This document shows, piece after piece, positions 23,801 to 37,172 of a DNA stretch of 64,000 bases. Under the pieces are notes generated by a model that saw only the letters and a program-made list of their open reading frames with translations, made no database searches and was not told the DNA's origin. How positions within the stretch are numbered: the stretch's first letter is position 1; each line of letters starts with the position of its first letter. A program made the translations under genes and the position numbers. This DNA is from Trichosphaerium sp. ATCC 40318 (Eukaryota; Protista; Tubulinea), in the NCBI GenBank assembly GCA_038496445.1, contig JALMLS010000385.1, positions 186,001-250,000 of the forward strand, written 5' to 3'.

Positions 23801-26800
23801 TCTTGCTGATAACTTTAAAAGAGATGTACAAGCTAAACAAACAGCTCTAAAGGAATCTTTATTGACTACTAAGACACAAGGCAAAGTATTGTCGGCTCTT
23901 ATGGACGCTAAATCTAAAGGGAAAATACCTGGTATTTATGTAAGTTCAATGAGTTCTTTAGTTGCCTTTTTTTTTTGTTGTTTTGTTGATTTCTTTTAAA
24001 GGGTCGGCTTGGTAACTTGGGTGCTATTGATGCTAAATTTGATGTTGCTATTTCTACTGCTTGTAGAGGTTTGGATAATATTGTTGTTGATACAACAGAG
24101 ACTGGTCAAAAATGTGTTGAGTATTTAAGGAAAAATAAGCTTGGACGTACTACCTTTATTATTCTTGATAAGCTGAGATATCTTGAACCTAAGATGAAAG
24201 CAAAACTTAATGTACCTGCTGGCGGAAAAAGGTAAGACTTGTGGACCCTTGATACGTTCATAAAACTCCATAGAATCCAAATCAAACAAATATCATATCT
24301 TCTTCTTTGAGTTCTTTTTCTAATTCTTTGCCTTCTCAGGTTGTTTGATCTTGTTCAAGTCAAAAATAACAAATTCTTGATTGCGTTTTACTATGCTCTT
24401 AGAAACACACTTGTCGCTAAAGATCTTGATATTGCATCCAAGTACGTCGAAAAGTTCTTTGTGTTGGTTTTTTTTCTGGTTTGAATGTTTGCAACTTTTT
24501 TTGGTTTCCCGAGTCTGTGGTTGTCTGTTTATACCTTGAATTGACTATCGAGTTAGGATTGCCTTCGGAAAGCCACGTTTTCGTGTAGTGACTTTAAAAG
24601 GTCAACTTATTGATACATCTGGTACAATGTCAGGTGGTGGTAAAAAAGTTCTTCGTGGTGGTATGTCTAGCGCTATCTCTGAAGACCGCTCTCAGTTGAA
24701 AGCTACATATGCAAGATATAAGGTAAAAATATATACTTTCAGCGCTTGCATCACTAGTAGGCGGCTGTGATAGTCGACAAACATTGTTGATGTTTTGACT
24801 TTTTTCTTACTTTTTTATGTTTAGGCAGAGATTGAAGAGAAGAGTGCTGAGAGGAATGATATTCAAGAGCAATTACGTTACCTTGAGCTTGAAGTTAGAA
24901 GACTTGAGAAGGAAGCATCAGAGACTCATCTTGCCCTTGAGAAGACAAATATGGATATACAAGTACGAAGTAGCTTTTTTTGTTTTTTGCAAACGTTAAT
25001 ACTTACAGTCAATCTTAGGGACTTCAGCAACAAATAGCGGACTTGAAGAAGCAAATTCCAGACCTTAAGAAGGGCACAGCATTGCCAGCTGCATCAAAGA
25101 AGAAATTAGTAAAGCTTCAAGTAAGTACAAGACTTTTTTGTTTTTGCTCGTGAACTACTTTTACAGTTTGTTTTTTATTCGTTTGTATTAACTTCTTTGA
25201 TTTAGCAAACTATCACACAATGTGAGGCTCAAGTTGAAGAGTTTAAAGAAGGTAAAGCTGAGATTGAAGCTGAAGTTGAAGAGATTCAAGAGAAGATAAT
25301 GAAAGCTGGTGGATTAAAGCTTAAGGTACGCTAGACAGCCACCTAAGGGAGCACGTTATTATTGTTCAACAAAGGACTTACTTTGTACTTGAACTTGTTG
25401 CTTTGCAACAACACGTGTTCTTACATTGTAGTTCATTGAAGAGAATTCTTTATTCTTATGTTTTTTTGCGTTTAGAATCAGAAGTCTGTTGTTGATGATT
25501 TGCAATCGTTGTTGGATGATAATGTAACACAAATCACTAAGAAGGAGGTGCAAATCAAGTCAGCAAATAAGGCTATAAAGAAGAGTGAGAAGGCAACAGA
25601 AAGTATACTGGAATCAGTTGAAGCTGTTGAGGTTTGTGTTTTGAAAATTTTTTTTTACCAAAGTTTTTTTTCCAATTTATTGTGTCTTATGGTATGGTCT
25701 AGCAAGAAAAATTAAAACATGAAGAAGCAATTCAAGATGTTACTGGTAATGCAAAAGAGGTTCAACAGCAATTTGTAGAGATGCAAGATGTACGTCATGC
25801 TTTTTTTTGCTCCAAGAAAAGAGAAAAAAATCAGAAAATCTTTTGGTTTTTTTTACATGCCATCAAAGAGAGGCTTGGTCATACTTACTTTTTTTGTATC
25901 TAGAAATATCAAGATAAGGTCCAAGTGCTTAAAGATATTCAAAAAGAACACGATGCACTTAAAGAAATTGTTGAAGAGAAACGTTCGGTTGAAGTTGACA
26001 TTTCTCATCAACTTGATGATATCACAGCCAAGGTAAGCGTTATATTTTTATTATTCCATTGTATAGTATGTAAGAATAGTGCACTGTTTAACCACGAATT
26101 GCGCAGGTTGCAGAGGCACAAGGAAGATCAGAAACATACACAAAACGATTAGCTGAATTTCAAAGAAAACGAGAACGTCTTCGACGTGATTTATACGGAG
26201 AGGATGCTATGGAGTTGGAAGATGAAGAATTTAAATTATACACACCTGAGGAGCTTGAAGAGTTTGATTTGGAGGAGTTAAAGGTATACAGAAGAAATCA
26301 AAGGCTCAAACACTTTCATCACTTGTTTTTTCTTTCACGTGAAGTTTTAACTTTGTTTGCTGACTTTTATCAACTTAGGGAGAAGTTGCGCAACTAGATG
26401 CACAAAAAGAGAACTTAGATCCTAATATGAATGCTATTTCGGAGTACAGAGAAAAGGATAAAGACTATAAAGAAAAGCTTGAGCAATTAGATGAATTGAC
26501 AACAAATCGTGATACTGTAAAAACACGTTGGGAGATCTTACGTAAGAAAAGGTGCGTCAAAGGATATCCTTATAGAATTATTAAGATTTTCATGATATAT
26601 TTAATTTCACGTGCTAATACACGTGTTTAGATTGGATGAATTCATGGAAGGATTTTCTATTATTTCTATGAAATTAAGGGAAATGTATCAGATGATCACT
26701 CTTGGTGGTGATGCTGAGTTAGAACTTAATGATAGTCTTGATCCATTCTCTGAAGGTATAAACTTTAGTGTTCGACCTTTAAAGAAGAGTTGGAAGAACA

Positions 26801-27192
26801 TCTCTAATCTATCTGGTGGCGAAAAGGTGCGTATAATGAAAAAAATGAAAAATGGATTTAACTTTGAAATACTTTTTTGTTTATGTCTTTGATGGTCTTT
26901 CTGACTTATTTAGACTCTTTCTTCTCTTGCATTAGTCTTCGCACTACATCACTATAAGCCTACACCGTTCTATTTTATGGATGAAATAGATGCTGCCCTT
27001 GATTTCCGTAATGTTTCGATTATTTCAAATTATATCAAAGAGCGTACAAAGAATGCTCAGTTTATCATTGTCAGTCTTCGTAACTATATGTTTGAGAATG
27101 CAGATAGACTTGTTGGTATTTATAAGACACATGATGTTACAAAGAGTGTAACAATCAACCCTAAAAGCTTCTCTGTTGGAGAAAAAGTGTAA
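20869..27192 (+). CDS. SMC4: Condensin subunit SMC4, multi-exon
   Basis: [33 protein letters not shown] (Walker A), [29 protein letters not shown], hinge [21 protein letters not shown], signature LSGGEK, Walker [26 protein letters not shown]. Confidence 0.97.
22042..22114 (+). tRNA. tRNA-Arg(CCU), nested in an SMC4 intron (21948-22241)
   Basis: GCCCGTA TA GCTC-AATTGGCA-GAGC A GTACC-TTCCTAA-GGTAT TGGTT GCAGG-TTCAATC-CCTGC TACGGGC T: complete 73-nt cloverleaf. Confidence 0.95.
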
Positions 27193-27637
27193 TCATAAAA
27201 AAATAAATTATTTTGTTGTAAAACATGACAGTGTTTTACTGGAGCTACCACGTGTGCTTGCTTTTTTAATAACATCAAGGTTAGCTTTGGGTAAGAAAGA
27301 GCGGCTTCAACTGTATGACCGTTTGGGAATGAGAGTAACAAGTTACACTGTACGTCATTCACGCGTAGTATTGAACTTTGATAGACTGTAACAACTGGCG
27401 TACTCTTTTACCTATCTTGGCGCAATTTCACAGCCATACAAACGAACAACCATGCAACTAATACAGGTGTAAGAGGTAAATTCTACTCCAATCCTTTCAA
27501 AAAAGGCAACAGTGTTGCTATGTGGGTTTGCAAAATGTTTCGCGAAATCGATAATATTTGTACATGCTCCAAACACGTGATTTATTCAAAAATACAACAT
27601 GCAAATTCTAAAAATAGTATAAATCCACAGCAACAGA

Positions 27638-28505
27638 TCATTCATAGAAGTCTGCAATGAATTTTGTATCGCAACCGTAAGTACAACAAAATGGAGGGAT
27701 TATATGCTTGTCTGGTAAAACCTCATAACCACAGTTTGAACACATCTTTAGATTGCATAAGTAACACTTCCTCATTCCATTATCCTTGGTGTAGTGGTTA
27801 CAGCAAATGTAATCTCCACATCCACTACAAAGAAGGTCATCTTCTTTGAGATCTTCTACACAGTGCTGACACCTACAATAGTTAACAAACGACTCAAGAT
27901 CTTCAGAGTTGAAATCAAACTAAAGATTGTTGTCGAAGTACTTCACTTACCTGGCATCATTGCAACCTTCCACTTTACACCATATGAGACTACAGCAGTC
28001 CTCGCAATAGTCCTTGCTGAACTCACAACCATCATTGGGGTCATCTAAGGGTGTTTTGCCGTATATACACCTGGCACGTTGCTGTTTCATTGGCTTGTTA
28101 CACTTCTTACAAGCTAGTACACCTGGCACGTTTTTAGCGTATTGCAGCACGCATCAATCGTTCTCCTTGATCGGAATACACGTCGCACCTCCTCTCTTGT
28201 TTAGTGCTTCCATAAACTGTCTTGTCTTCTTCTTTTGATACTTTTCAAACTTTCTTCGCTGTATTGCTTGTTTTTCGTAAAAAGTTCGCCTTTCTCGTTG
28301 CTGGGCCTTATTGAAATTCTGTAGTAGCTGTTCATTGGATACGTTTTTCGCCGGAGCCGGGGCAGTCTGTCCTAATTTACATTTTTGTTAATTTAAGAAG
28401 CGTTTAAATACATCGCTAGGAGTACAAAGAGTACACGAAAGGCGTAGGGTTTTAGAAGAAGTTTATATAAAGTACCAGTAAACACGTACTAGAGATATTG
28501 CTCAT
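27638..28505 (-). CDS. Cys-rich putative zinc-binding protein with N-terminal basic helix; multi-exon, 5' exon tentative
   Basis: Spliced frame has many CxxC pairs (CKKC, CEDC, CQHC, CSGC, CYLC, CSNC) preceded by QRRKFEKYQKKKTRQF. Confidence 0.65.
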
Positions 28506-29307
28506 GTGTTTTGCACGTTCAATGTTAAGAGCTATGTTTGTTATCTAATTATACAGACGTAAATAATGAATCAGATGAATTCTGGCTTACTAATAATTTG
28601 TACGCCGTAAAAAGACGGTATTTACCGGTAAAACCAAACGGGAATTTAATGAGATTTCCGTTGTTTTTTCCTAAATTTTTTTGTTGATAATATTCGAAAT
28701 TTTCAGCGGCATATGAGGAGATAGTCAGCGAGGCTATAAACAAGCACTTCTACATAAAGATAATGCATTGATACGGTGGTTTCTACAGAAAAAATCAGAA
28801 TGAAGTGAGCATCTCTGGTACGTAGTAGTGAAGCGTTCTCTTAGCTTTTTATTCTTTTGCGTTGTTTTTCTACTGATGTTTTCTTTCAAGGCTATGACAA
28901 GGAGCTTCTAGCTTGAAACGTTGGTGAAGGGTATAGAGTTCCATACATCACCTACTTCCAGATACGACTACTGGTGAGTAGTTGTTTGAATTGTTCTTTA
29001 CTGACTTTTTTTTGCTTTAGATGTAATGTGGTGTTTGTTTTTAAAGAATGACAACAGTTCGCATGTTAGCTTGTTATAATTCAAACTTTTATTTGTGTTG
29101 CATAACCTACTATACCGCATGTAGCAACTTAAGCATAGCGTTTGGCCTTTGTCTTGTGTAATGATAACCCACTTAAAGAACTCCTATGCTGACAAATACG
29201 TTGTTAAGTTTTTCTTTAAGTCAGACGTCTTTTCAGAAAATCGGTTTTTTTTGGTGCATGTGGCAAAGCGATTTCTATTTACTTCAAAACAAATCAAAAC
29301 GCCTAAG

Positions 29308-30465
29308 ATGGCAACGAAACGCGCGGTACATAATAGTGCGACAATCGTAGCGCCTCCTAGCACCAAAAAGCAGATAGCAGCGTTAGAACCGAATGATCGC
29401 TCATTGTTGTACCTGCCTGTAGAGCTACAGCTAGACGTAATGGATTTAGACCATGATCTATACGTAAAATGGCCTCTACTATCGAAACGCGCTGCAACTC
29501 TGACCAGGTTTGACGCGGAGCTGAATAAACACGGAAAATGGGTAAAAAAAGAAAAAAAAGTCAAATGCGATGGAGATTTCAATTTTAGACCAGGATTGCA
29601 TACACTAGCTATAAAAAATTGGAAACACGGACAAGTTCATGGTGTTTTTAAGGAATTTTACGATAATGGCTGTACTAAAAAGGAAGAAAATTATGAGAAT
29701 GGTGTGATTCACGGAGATTGGAAGGTATATCATTATAATGGGTCTATACATAAGCTATGTCATTATATCAATGGTGAACGAGAAGGAGAGTATAAGAGTT
29801 GGTATGAGGATGATAGAGGAGATGAAGGAAAAGAAGGAGACGGTCAATTATTTGAAACTTGGTTTTATGTTAATGGATTGCTTGAAGGAGAATATAATAA
29901 ATATCACGTGAATAATATCCTCCTTGAAAATTGTTTTTATGTCGATAATTTGAAAGAAGGTGAAGATATCACGTATTATAGAAACGGCTCAAAAAAAACA
30001 AAGGCTTTTTATTCAAAAGGTAACAAGGAGGGTTATTTTAAAGAGTTTCGTGGAATTGATGGTAAACTGGTTGTGGATTGTTTTTATTCAAATGATAAAA
30101 AAGAAGGAGAGTTTAAGAGTTTTTATTGGAATGGTAAACTCAGAGAACATTGTTCTTATCTCAATGGTCTTATTCAAGGTGATTATAAACAATGGTATGA
30201 TAATGGACAGTTATTTGAGGAGTGTTGTTATTTTAATGGTAAGAGACATGGAGAGTTTAAGTGGTGGCTTAAGAGTGGTGAACTGAAGAAGAAGTGTAAT
30301 TACTCAATGGGTAAACTAGAAGGAGAGTTTAAAAAGTGGTATGATAATGGTCAGCTATGGGAAAAGAGTCAATATGTTGATGGTAAACTATACGGTGACT
30401 ATGAGAAATGGTCTGTGGATGGTGAATTACAAGAGCGTAAGACTATTCATAGATACCACATGTAA
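29308..30465 (+). CDS. F-box-like plus MORN-variant (YwqK-like) repeat protein, intronless
   Basis: LLYLPVELQLDVM F-box-like start, then about a dozen repeats of type G.xxEGEYKxWYxNGQL. Confidence 0.85.
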   Translation: MATKRAVHNSATIVAPPSTKKQIAALEPNDRSLLYLPVELQLDVMDLDHDLYVKWPLLSKRAATLTRFDAELNKHGKWVKKEKKVKCDGDFNFRPGLHTLAIKNWKHGQVHGVFKEFYDNGCTKKEENYENGVIHGDWKVYHYNGSIHKLCHYINGEREGEYKSWYEDDRGDEGKEGDGQLFETWFYVNGLLEGEYNKYHVNNILLENCFYVDNLKEGEDITYYRNGSKKTKAFYSKGNKEGYFKEFRGIDGKLVVDCFYSNDKKEGEFKSFYWNGKLREHCSYLNGLIQGDYKQWYDNGQLFEECCYFNGKRHGEFKWWLKSGELKKKCNYSMGKLEGEFKKWYDNGQLWEKSQYVDGKLYGDYEKWSVDGELQERKTIHRYHM

Positions 30466-31363
30466 ACTTTATTTTAATCTATAAATACCCTTGTTTGTTT
30501 ATTATAAACAACATCAATCGTGATTGGTTATATAACATTGTTTGTTAGATATTCTGTGATCAATTTGTAGCTCTGATAAAATACGCCATAAAACCATTGG
30601 CCATGAAATGAAACAAGTTTTTTTTACGATCGCAATACCTGTCGCAATGCCAGTTGGATTGAAGAGAAAACTTTCTAGCACAAGGGACTGGGCCAAGTAT
30701 ATTCTGGCTTTTGATCTCTGTTTTAGGTTGTTGGTGTGTATCAACATCACGTACTATGGCCTTGTGCCCCCAAAGTACCAAACTAAGTTCGACCAACTGA
30801 TTTGAGCGATGTCAACGGATACATCGACAAAATCAAGGCAGATGTATGTTGATGATTGTTTCAAAAGATGTTGGTAAAGCGTACTTGGTTTGCATCACAA
30901 TGGTGTCAAAATAAAAACACGTGTTTTGTGACGTGTAAATGCCACTACACCCAGAACCTGCCTACACTTGGTTTTGCGCATTTCAAAAAGCTAAAAGCTA
31001 AGACGTTTGCGATATTTAACAATTCTGAACCGTTTCCCTGTGTGCCACTTGAGTCATGGCACTAACTGACAATCTGTGATGTAACTGAATAACATGGATT
31101 AACACCTACTACACTAGTTATATCTTTTGGACCGTACATTGAACTACCGCATGGTTTGAAAAGTTTGATTTACATTTACTAAGTGCTTTGACTTTATAGT
31201 CTTGGTTGATGACCAACTAAAGTACAAGTTTTATGTCGATTAATAATAATTTGAAAGAGGCAACACTAAACTATTCTTTTGGAAAAAAGTCACGTGTAAA
31301 TACAAAGGTACTAATTCACAAATTTTTATTTACATTATTTTCATTTTCGGTATTCTTCTGGCG

Positions 31364-32774
31364 TCAGAAAACACAAGCAGATTTACGTAATGACTGATTA
31401 CTAGAGTTCTCTAATTTACCATTTCCTTGTCCAGCCATTCTAACAGCAGCATACATAAAACCAGCAAGTGCAGTATGAAGAACTTGTTGAATAAAAATAT
31501 ATTGACTGATTGATTGAACCATAGCAGAATGTCTTTGTTCTCTCAAAGAGTAAACAATCGTGTACGTATCAATATTCTCAAAATCAGGGCATGTCATAGC
31601 ATCTACGCTTTGAAGCAGACCAGCTCGATCTAGATTATCAACACTTTCACTAAGAGCAGAATCACTGTAGTTCAAGGTAGATCGAGATCGTAAAAGAATT
31701 TCTTCTCTTTTCGCTTTAAGCTTCTCTATACCTAGCGCTACAGTGACAAAAGTACCAGCCCGTCCAACACCTGCAGAGCAGTGTACTACAGGCGGTCCTT
31801 CAAGTCCTTTAAAGATACCTTGTTCTCTGTAAATAGACATAAGGTTGTAGAGACTTAAGATTGATTTTGGACATTCTGGGACTCCACGATCAGGCCATCC
31901 CATGAAATGTAGTTGAGTCAACTCCTTCATTGCTCCTGTCTTTGTATGTACTATCTGGAACCTTCTTGATACGATTTCATCGACAGAATGCTGAGAACAA
32001 AGCGTAATCGATAAATCATCCCAAACGCATGTCATACCGATCTCTTGTGGCCAGTATACGTGTCCTTTGATTTTACCGCCTTCTTGTAGTTTTAGAAGCA
32101 TAACGATCACAGGAACGTTATTTTCCCATACCATACGCCAAAAGTCGCCGAATGTCGTTGGTAGAGGGCATTGGGTGACTATGAACGTGCTATGGGGCTT
32201 TTGGGTGTTATTGGGCGTAGGAATTGTACATCGGCTTGCGTTGATGTAATTGTTGTTTGAGAGCATCACACGGTTGTTTTGGTTCGGGAGGACGTCACAG
32301 TATCGGTTTTTGTAAAGATTCTCCGGTAATGCCGCTGTAGGGTATACTTTGCGTAGATCTGAGAATGTTCTCGGTTTTGGCGCGCGTTGTGCTTGTAACG
32401 TTTGATATTCTTGTTGTGCGTATCTTATACGCTCGTCTGATAATGGTGAGGCGTTCTAAAGAGCAATGAGTGATTTATACGTTTTGTTACGAAAAGGTAT
32501 TTAAAAGGTTCAGCGAAATGAAAGTATGGAGGTAAACCCACTATTCGCGCGTGTATTGAACACTACAAGAACGTTATGTTATTGTTTGATAGAAATGATA
32601 AGTAATTGGATTAAAAACGATACGTACCCCTTGAATTATAGGTGCTTGATTTGTTTGTGCTATTTTCTTTACTTTCATCATGCTGAGGTGCATACTTTGG
32701 GAGAATTTCTGTATTTGTAGAATTCTGGAACTTAAGAGTACCATTCAACGAAAATTACACTAACTTAACCTCAT
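31364..32774 (-). CDS. Classical (non-receptor) protein tyrosine phosphatase; 5' exons tentative
   Basis: KNRYCDVLP, YINAS, TQCPLPTTFGDFWRMVWE, WPDRGVP, HCSAGVGRAG and MVQSISQY motifs. Confidence 0.93.
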
Positions 32775-33683
32775 GAACTTCACTTGTGAAGCAACCGCAA
32801 GCAAGTGTTTACGCCAAAATACGTTCATGATTGCTCCATTTTTAAGTTTACTGAACACACTTTATTTCAGAACGTTAAACAAACACTGTGTCATACAAAC
32901 ACTTCCTCTTCTTGTGTGGGACTTCCAAACGTCAAAATTCGTTTGTGTTTTTAACTTGAATCTTGAACTTGGAATAACATTGTTTTCGACGAACGTACTG
33001 TTACGGTTTTACCGCTTCTGAACGTTAATATTAATTTTCAAGTAATGAAAATACGTCGGCTCAACTTGCGGAGATTGTTAAATTCTATTCACTAAAAATA
33101 CTGTAAAAGTCAACTTATCATTTTTTCACGTGTTGGCTTACGTCACTGAAATAAATTATCGTAAACATAGCCATATCTCTTGTTTGTGATCGCGAGGATA
33201 AGCCATTTTCATGTAATACTATTAACAGTCTATTTTAAAAATAGACCGCCGGTCCATACCTATCCACGTGGTAATTTTCATGTTGCCAACAAATACTCAA
33301 CTTTGGTTAGGCTAAATAGGTTATTGATAACTCTCCAGGCAAGTCAGCCTGAGGCATAAACGTGCTAATCAAATCACGGTATTGAGCGTAAAAACTTGTA
33401 CAGCGAAGTTAGTGTTGCTACGAGTTTACATGGTTACACATGGAGAAGTTGGCAGCAGATTACCACGCATTGATACTATAAACAACCGAAACAACTTTTA
33501 GGCTACCTCGCGTTTAACAACTGTTTCAACCAAACACTGACGTCACATTCAATTCTACCGTAATTAGATCCAATAACATAGTATGAAATTATACTTACTT
33601 TTAATGCAATCTTCACTTTGGTGACTTGCTCTGTACTTTGTGAAACTTGGCTTAAATTGCCCTTCCATAAGTATTAACTTGTC

Positions 33684-36095
33684 ATGTACACAAAGTACGG
33701 TGGGCTATTAGTACTAGTTGTGATAGCTAGCATATCAGCACAATATTTAAGAGTGAATAACCTTGGCTATGTATCCAACAGCAACAAAACAGCTTATTTG
33801 CTTTCAAACAGTGATAAATCAGGCAATAGTTTTACAGTTATAAACACGGTTGGTACTACAGTATTTTCTGGTACAGTAGGAACCTCTAGAGGCAAATGGA
33901 ACTCAAAATATTCGCACGTGAACGAGATACGTTTTGACACATTTAACAAGGAGGGTACGCCTCACGCTGCTCTTGTACGCTTGTTTTAATCACGTTTTCT
34001 TCAAGGAACTTTTACTTTAACCGTATCATCGCTTTCTGTTTCTTCTCCTTCGTTTAGTATATTCAATAATGGTGAGAGGCATATCGAGCAGATTGAGAAC
34101 AACATGTTTTTCTTCCAAGCACAAAGAGATGGTAGAAATGTTCGTCAAACTATTTTTCTCTTTTTGTGGTAAATATGGTTATATTTATCTTTTTTCCCAT
34201 GTAGGTTAACGGTCTGTTCTAAATCGTAAACCATCACATATAACTGACGAAAAGGCCTTTATATATTACACACCGACGTATAAAGATGATGTTCTTCAAG
34301 GGGACTTGAAAAGGATTTCAACGATTACCATGGATGCTGAAGGCAAGGTTTTTTGGTTCTTTAATTAGTTCAATATCCACGTGATAACATACTCTTTTAA
34401 TTACTTGTGAATAGGTGGTTGGTTTGACGCTGGTGATTATATTAAGTTTGTGGAGACTGCAAGTTACACGACAATGATGATGCTCTATACAATGTACAAG
34501 AATCAAAAAGTATCAGATTTAGGCGTCAGAAATGAAGCTATTCATGGGCTGATGTGGCTCTTGAAGATGTGGGACCAAAACACAAAGACTCTTTACTATC
34601 AAGTTGGAATAGGTACACCGTTTGTCAATCGCAACTAGTTTAGCTAAACAGTACTCAGGCGATGGAAATTGTGACAAAAAGAAAAACAATGTTAAAGGAT
34701 GTATAACTGGAGGTCATGATTTATGGCGTTTACCTGAAAAAGACGATGAATTGGATGTTACTCCAAGCGACTCTGAATACTATATAAAATATCGTCCTGT
34801 GTTTAGAGCGGGTGATCCTGGATCAGCCATTTCTCCGAACCTGGCAGGTAGCTAGAAAAAAAAGTGGAACACTTTCACAAACTTTTAATCCTAGGTCGCC
34901 TTTCTGCTGTTTTTGCCATGTGTAACTATCTAAATCTCGAAATGTCAAAACAGTGCATAGATGCTGCTACTACTATATATTCTCTAGCAAAAACGGACAA
35001 TGTTGGCAGATTGTTAACAGCAGCTCCTTACGGTACGCAAACCATTCGTTTGAACTATTGGTAACTTTTTTTTGTCACAGATTACTACCCAGAAGAGGAG
35101 TGGTACAGCGATATGGAGTTTGCTTCTGTATGGATGTATTTGTCAACAAATGATTCGACATACCTCGACAAAGCTCAAAAATACGCGTCCCTGTACCTGA
35201 ACGACTATGATGGCGTTAACCCTCTTAATCTTTATGATATAGGTTACTTAAATGTTTTTTGGTTGGAAAGAGTTTGTTTGCTTATCAAATATAGGAGTTC
35301 TTGCACATTATGAACTTGTAAAGATTATGACCAACACTAAAATCAGGCAGCTCATTGACCCTTCTTCGATACTTGCAAATATAAACAAGGCCTAAACCAA
35401 GGTGTAAAACAAGCAAGCAAAAATCCGTTCAATTTGGGGTTACCATACTCTGATCGTATGCCAATTAGTTTTGTCGGTTCACTAACGTTATCTTTAGAAG
35501 ATGACAATGTTCCCGAAGCACTTGGTTTGGCTATAACTGCATCGCTTTATCAAGAACTAGAACCTAGTAATCAAGAGTTTAGTTACTTTGGTCAAAATCA
35601 ATTGAATTGGGTTCTTGGTGCTAACGCTTGGGGCGTTTCGTTCATCATTGGAGGTAAGTTCAATCATCGCACTATAATCTCTACTAAACATATGAAAGGT
35701 GTTAACGTTATTGGATCGCCTAAAAGCGGTGACTTTCCTCACTGTCCACAACACCAAGTTGCAAATTTAGCGGGCTCACTTAACGGTGCAAACCTAGTTC
35801 TTAAAGGTACTTGACCACGTGATTTCAACAAAACGCACAAAAAAGTCTTAGAGCTTTCAACCAACTTATTCGTATTTAAGGTGCTGTGGTTGATGGGCCT
35901 TCCGCAGCAGAGAACTTTGATGATATAGGTATTCCTGATGGTGCTAAAAAATGTCCACCAAATACCAGTGATCCTTATAAACAATTTAACCATGAAGATA
36001 CACGATACATGGATGATGTACGTGCGTGGCCAAGTGTAGAACCTGCAGATGACTATACGGTTATTGCATTGTTAGCTTTCAGTCAATACATGTGA
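33684..36095 (+). CDS. Secreted glycoside hydrolase family 9 (cellulase-like) with N-terminal Ig-like domain
   Basis: Signal peptide; LRVNNLGY Ig-like start; FFQAQRDG; DAEGGWFDAGDYIKF; LYYQVGIG; WVLGANAWGVSFIIG; FPHCPQHQ; YMDDVRAWPSVEPADDY. Confidence 0.9.
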
Positions 36096-37172
36096 AAACT
36101 GTAAATAAAGCGGGTTTACTTACATTTGAAAACTCAGCTCCTTTGCTCGCACGTGTTTATAATAGCAAGATCTTGTATATTGTTAGATTTCTTATTAACA
36201 CTACATCAAGATCTAGTAGTGCTGATTGGTTTTTTCTTTATACTTAGGTTTGGCTGCGACTAGCGCAATGCCAATGAGACAAAAAATTGTTGTCTAGATT
36301 AACCCCTAACGGCGTTATCTTACCTCAGCCACCCGAACAATGTGCAATACAGGTTGTACTAAAGTAGTGCCTCTGCCTTTTTGATCACAATAGACACCGA
36401 CAAGGTAAGTGATAGCCTAGGTATTCAGAAATACAAAACTCATAACACAAGATAAAAAAAAGTGGTTACAACCGTTGAAAACTTTCAGCACAATTTTTGG
36501 TCATTTTCAGTGAAAGTTGCTTTCTCTTTGACAAGCTGACATTGAGCAACTTCTTTAGCGGTGTTTTAATATACCAAAGAACAAGTACAGATGAGTGACA
36601 CCTAAGTAGCGTTAAAAACCTGGCTCTGAGCCATGAGACGCTAGAAAATTGGAACGCGTAAACAAGGAAAAATTTATACTAACAAAGTTCCACGTGCTTC
36701 TAAAATTCTCAATGAGTTTGAAACAGGTGGCGGTACTGAGGTCAGTACTCATATAACTAAATGGAAAATTCATATCGCAGCAGTAAGTGAATTAACAAAC
36801 CTAAGCCTTTGTAACCCATTATTACATTTCTTTCGCTCGTTGGCGTACGCCAACATCTGTTTTAGCTGTCTAATGCATTAATTAGCTTAGAACTACTTGT
36901 AGACGCAGTTAGTAGCTCTAGAACGCTACAACAGGTAATTTTCAAGCGAAAGCAAGCCTCTATCTCATGAACGGGTAATGGGCTATATTCATGAGAAATC
37001 TAAACTAACACTCATGAATAGTACGTAATGAACATACATTGGATTGTGTGGTAGATGGACGTGTTGATTTTATGATTTGTCAACGAAAAGCGCTGGAATT
37101 TCTGCAAAATGTCTGAAAATAGTTTAATATTGACAAATCCAGTACTAGAGGCACCTGTTCCTTAGAAACGCA

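Noticed and set aside
28103-28168. In-frame TGA-TGC (possible Sec-Cys) in the Cys-rich gene
   Set aside because: The TGA lies within a plausible 66-nt GTGCGA...CCAG intron whose removal keeps the frame; no SECIS was recognised.
28760-29025. Exon/intron-like segments upstream of the F-box-MORN gene
   Set aside because: Splice-like signals are present but every frame I tried hits stops; cannot distinguish a relic or non-coding transcript from chance.
29149-29307. N-terminal extension of the 438-aa ORF
   Set aside because: Begins at a non-ATG codon in T-rich upstream sequence; the first ATG at 29308 is the likely start.
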